Shown here: one piece after another, positions 61,069 to 64,000 of the stretch
Numbering within the stretch: the stretch's first letter is position 1
How the letters are laid out: each line of letters starts with the position of its first letter
Assembly (NCBI GenBank): GCA_011605725.1
Contig: JAAOZP010000004.1
Span: 32,001-96,000, forward strand
Length of the DNA stretch: 64,000 nucleotides
Direction: 5' to 3'
Source: Nitrososphaerota archaeon
GTDB lineage: Archaea; Thermoproteota; EX4484-205; JAAOZP01
Made by a program: the position numbers and the translations under genes
Notes under the pieces: generated by a model
What the model was told of the DNA's origin: nothing
The model's database searches: none
Seen by the model: the letters and a program-made list of their open reading frames with translations, nothing else

Positions 61069-61826
61069 ATTCTCAACCCGAACAGCCTGCAAGCATTTTT
61101 AGTGGTTTCCTCAGCAACAGTATCAGGGTCGATTTTTTTAATCCTAGATATCTCTCTGAGGCTGAAAACTATGTTCGCAGGCTCATTCCTCTTCAACGGG
61201 TCAACCCCGAGAACCGGAGAGTCCGACTCCAGCAGAATGTTTTCCAGGGGAAGCCTGGCCGCAAGCTTCTGCTTCTGCGGAGACCTCGCTATGGAGGGAG
61301 GAATGCTGAAGAAGAAGCCTGCTTCAACACCCTTCATAGCGTATGAGGCTTTTCCGTCAAAAGCATGCATTAAAACCTTCTTAGCGTTTCTTCCAATAAG
61401 TATGTCGATAGCATCCTTCCCGGCACTTCTAGAGTGAACTATAATGGGAAGATTAAGCCTTTCAGCAAGCCCTATGAAAAACCCGAAAAACCCGATAAGC
61501 CTAGCCCTATCCTCGGGAGCCCTAACCGTATAGTAGTCTAGACCCACTTCACCTATTCCGATTATCCTACTCCTGTTATCCAGGATGATTTTAACCACCT
61601 CTTCATAGTTGACTGAGAAAGGCGCCCCATAGTCAATACCGATGGTTGAGTAAACATAGCCTCTGAACTTCTCTGAAATCCTTAAAGACCTTAAGGCACC
61701 GTCCGGGCCTAGCCCGCAATCCACGATGGCGGCTAAACCGTTCTCCCTAGCTTTCAACACTACACTCTCTAAATCCATCTCGAAAGAACTGTCGCTCAGA
61801 TGTGCATGCGCATCCACGAGCCGCAA
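61065..61826 (-). CDS. tatD: TatD-family hydrolase
   Basis: DAHAHL, GEVGLDY, VHSR, MHAF, LESDSP. Confidence 0.92.
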   Translation of the reverse strand: MRLVDAHAHLSDSSFEMDLESVVLKARENGLAAIVDCGLGPDGALRSLRISEKFRGYVYSTIGIDYGAPFSVNYEEVVKIILDNRSRIIGIGEVGLDYYTVRAPEDRARLIGFFGFFIGLAERLNLPIIVHSRSAGKDAIDILIGRNAKKVLMHAFDGKASYAMKGVEAGFFFSIPPSIARSPQKQKLAARLPLENILLESDSPVLGVDPLKRNEPANIVFSLREISRIKKIDPDTVAEETTKNACRLFGLRI

Positions 61827-61894
61827 TGAGACGAGCCAGCCTGCTGGAAGACAGAGATAAACCTTTAACTACCTTAAATCACCATTAAGTCGGA

Positions 61895-62098
61895 ATGGTT
61901 AAGAAGGCAAGTACCAAGCTGTACGTGCTTAATAAGAAGCTGGGTGGAAAAACGTATTCTGCAACAATGCTTTATCTGCCGAGTAAGATCGTCAACGATT
62001 CCGCTTTCCCCCTGAAAAAGAAGGGTAGGCTCATCGTGAAAATAGTTGGCAGCAAGATAGTTATTGAGAATGAGAAGAAGGGCAGGGGGAAGCCTTAA
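61895..62098 (+). CDS. Small basic AbrB-like hypothetical protein
   Basis: LYLPSKIVNDSAFPLKKKGRLIVKI. Confidence 0.6.
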   Translation: MVKKASTKLYVLNKKLGGKTYSATMLYLPSKIVNDSAFPLKKKGRLIVKIVGSKIVIENEKKGRGKP

Positions 62099-62496
62099 CC
62101 AAGCCTGTGCTTGAAGCTAGTGAAAGAGGTGTAGATTATTATGAATTGTTCAAGCTCTCTTAGAAAGCCTGTGCTTATATGCCATGATCCCTCTCTTTTC
62201 TCAACGATGCCGGCTCCCACGAGCCCCCTAATCATGTTGTAAAACTGGCCTACAGTGATTCTTCTCCGCCCAACCCAGTTTTTCCACTCGCTCACGTTCA
62301 TCCCTGAAGGACCTCTTGAAACGAGCTCCTCGCAGAAGACCTTTGCCTCAGACGCTAAAAGCGGGCTTCTCCAGAAAATCCTGGAAAACATTTCGTCGAC
62401 AGTAGCCGGAACCCTACCCGCCTTAAAAAGTATTGTAGTACCCTTATGCGTCTGCCTAACTCTTCGGCTCCTTCTAGGCATACGGACTAATTCCAA
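62095..62496 (-). CDS. Winged-helix-like hypothetical protein
   Basis: FYNMIRGLVGAGIVEKREG. Confidence 0.6.
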   Translation of the reverse strand: MELVRMPRRSRRVRQTHKGTTILFKAGRVPATVDEMFSRIFWRSPLLASEAKVFCEELVSRGPSGMNVSEWKNWVGRRRITVGQFYNMIRGLVGAGIVEKREGSWHISTGFLRELEQFIIIYTSFTSFKHRLG

Positions 62497-62605
62497 ACGC
62501 TTAGAGAAAAGCCTTACGAGCCGCCTCCCTAGCAGGCGCTAAGCTCTAAACAGGAGAAGCATACTTGCAAGCAGGATGGGAAACAGCCTTTTTAACGCTG
62601 AAGCA

Positions 62606-64000
62606 CTAGGCTATAAAACCATATTCTTCTTGAGCCGGAGGAGGCTGCGGCCTACGTCTCCTTATCCAGAGTAAAGATATTGAAACCGCCAGGACGACAG
62701 CGAAGATTATGACTATAAGGATCAAGTAGAGGTTGCTCACCCTGAAGAAAACCTCTTTAACACCAGTGTTACCGTAAGGATCGGTAGCGTTTATCAAAAC
62801 CATGTAGTCTCCAACCGGATTAGTAACTGGAAGATAATAGTCTCCAACCCACCTGCCACCCTGGTATTTAAGATTTATCATGCTCTTCATGGTTCCTGAG
62901 GAGACAACCGCGGTTACATTCCCGTCTTCAAGCCTTGAAGAATCAGGATATTTCACGATAACTCTTAAGTAGACAGTTTCAAACCCAACCTGATAACTCT
63001 CCTTTAAATCCTCTATCTCAAAGCTTAAAACAGCTTTAGTTATTTCAAGAGGAACAGGGTAGAAACCATAGTTACCATACGTGTCTTTGACAGTAATGTT
63101 CAACACGTTTCGTCCTAAAGCAGCATTCCTTGGGGCACTGACGTTTCCAAACCAAGCTCCTGCTGAGAAGTTCAGGCGGGCGAGAGCCTGCTCAACACCA
63201 TCATGAACCAGCTTAGCGTCTACAAAAGCTCCCTTATCTCGAGAAACATCCTCCAATGTCAGAACATCTTTAGAAGGATATTTCACCACCACTTTAACAA
63301 GTATTTTCTCGGTCCTGGAAAACATGCTGCCAACTGGGGCTAACAGCTCTATGATCAGCCTAGCGGGAACAATACTTATCTCCTGGGAGAAGTCTCCACT
63401 GTTTCCTGAACCGTCTGTCGCGGTTATTCTAAGGATCCAGACCCCGGTTTCCCACATCGCCGGAATCCTCCAAGACAGACTCCACTCTCCAAGGCTGGTC
63501 TTGTCAAGGTTAAACGGGCCCTTCCTAGTCTGGTCCTTGATGAGCTCAAGAGACACGCTGCCGGATGGCAGGGGTGTTCCATCAGGATATGTAACACTGA
63601 CTGAAACGTTTAGCCTAACAGACCTTTCATAAGTCTCGTTAAGCCTGCTCTTTAAAGTAATCCTCAGCTTTGCAGCAGTAAGGGTAAAAGACCTGTTTCC
63701 GGAGCCAGCATTACCATACTGGTCTGAAGCCTCCACCTTGACTAAATATCCCCCTAACGGGTCGGACGGCCCAGTCTTAATACTCTTAAACCAGTATTCG
63801 TCATGCGAGTAATCCATGAATATTTCTCTTCCTTCAACCCCGCCGTAGACGAGCTTCAGCCTCACAACCCCGTTCCAAGGCAGGCTTGAACCATCCTTAT
63901 ATTTCACCCGTACCGTAATGTTTATCGGTTTAACTCTTTCATAGGTTGTAGCATCCATCTCTACAGTAACGTTTAAAACCGCCTTAACCAGAGTAACCTG
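62606..64000 (-). CDS. Membrane-anchored Ig-like repeat surface protein (5' end outside window)
   Basis: Repeats of V.YPD...A.D.YGN.G, C-terminal TM, RRRRPQPPP. Confidence 0.8.
   Translation of the reverse strand, partial: QVTLVKAVLNVTVEMDATTYERVKPINITVRVKYKDGSSLPWNGVVRLKLVYGGVEGREIFMDYSHDEYWFKSIKTGPSDPLGGYLVKVEASDQYGNAGSGNRSFTLTAAKLRITLKSRLNETYERSVRLNVSVSVTYPDGTPLPSGSVSLELIKDQTRKGPFNLDKTSLGEWSLSWRIPAMWETGVWILRITATDGSGNSGDFSQEISIVPARLIIELLAPVGSMFSRTEKILVKVVVKYPSKDVLTLEDVSRDKGAFVDAKLVHDGVEQALARLNFSAGAWFGNVSAPRNAALGRNVLNITVKDTYGNYGFYPVPLEITKAVLSFEIEDLKESYQVGFETVYLRVIVKYPDSSRLEDGNVTAVVSSGTMKSMINLKYQGGRWVGDYYLPVTNPVGDYMVLINATDPYGNTGVKEVFFRVSNLYLILIVIIFAVVLAVSISLLWIRRRRPQPPPAQEEYGFIA

Overview
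Archaeal DNA, probably from the TACK group (Bathyarchaeia/Brockarchaeota-like; this is inferred from gene content). Positions ~1-54,070 form a large accessory island around the PEP synthase gene ppsA (4021-6429). Positions 54,112-64,000 are housekeeping genes (lig, Lhr helicase with its metallophosphoesterase, TatD and others). The island holds a type I R-M operon that continues into a three-gene, catalytically inactive short-Argonaute module (membrane protein, Ago N-lobe-like partner, MID-PIWI Ago with a 1-nt frameshift). It also has OLD, HEPN, NERD and PD-(D/E)XK nucleases, five toxin-antitoxin pairs, surface proteins and a candidate three-gene polymorphic toxin locus (1888 aa Ig-repeat protein, 1699 aa protein with a C-terminal nuclease, 367 aa candidate immunity protein). 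The main unexplained signal is a short palindrome, (T)AG(CG)nCT(A), consensus TAGCGCGCGCTA. About 35 exact or decayed copies (counted by eye) sit at module boundaries in 1-38 kb and at the right island edge. They lie at the breakpoints of truncated or chimeric genes and are absent from the homologous positions in intact ppsA. Four divergent ppsA fragments and a probable integrase relic also point to repeated DNA insertion at this locus. No rRNA, tRNA or CRISPR array was seen.
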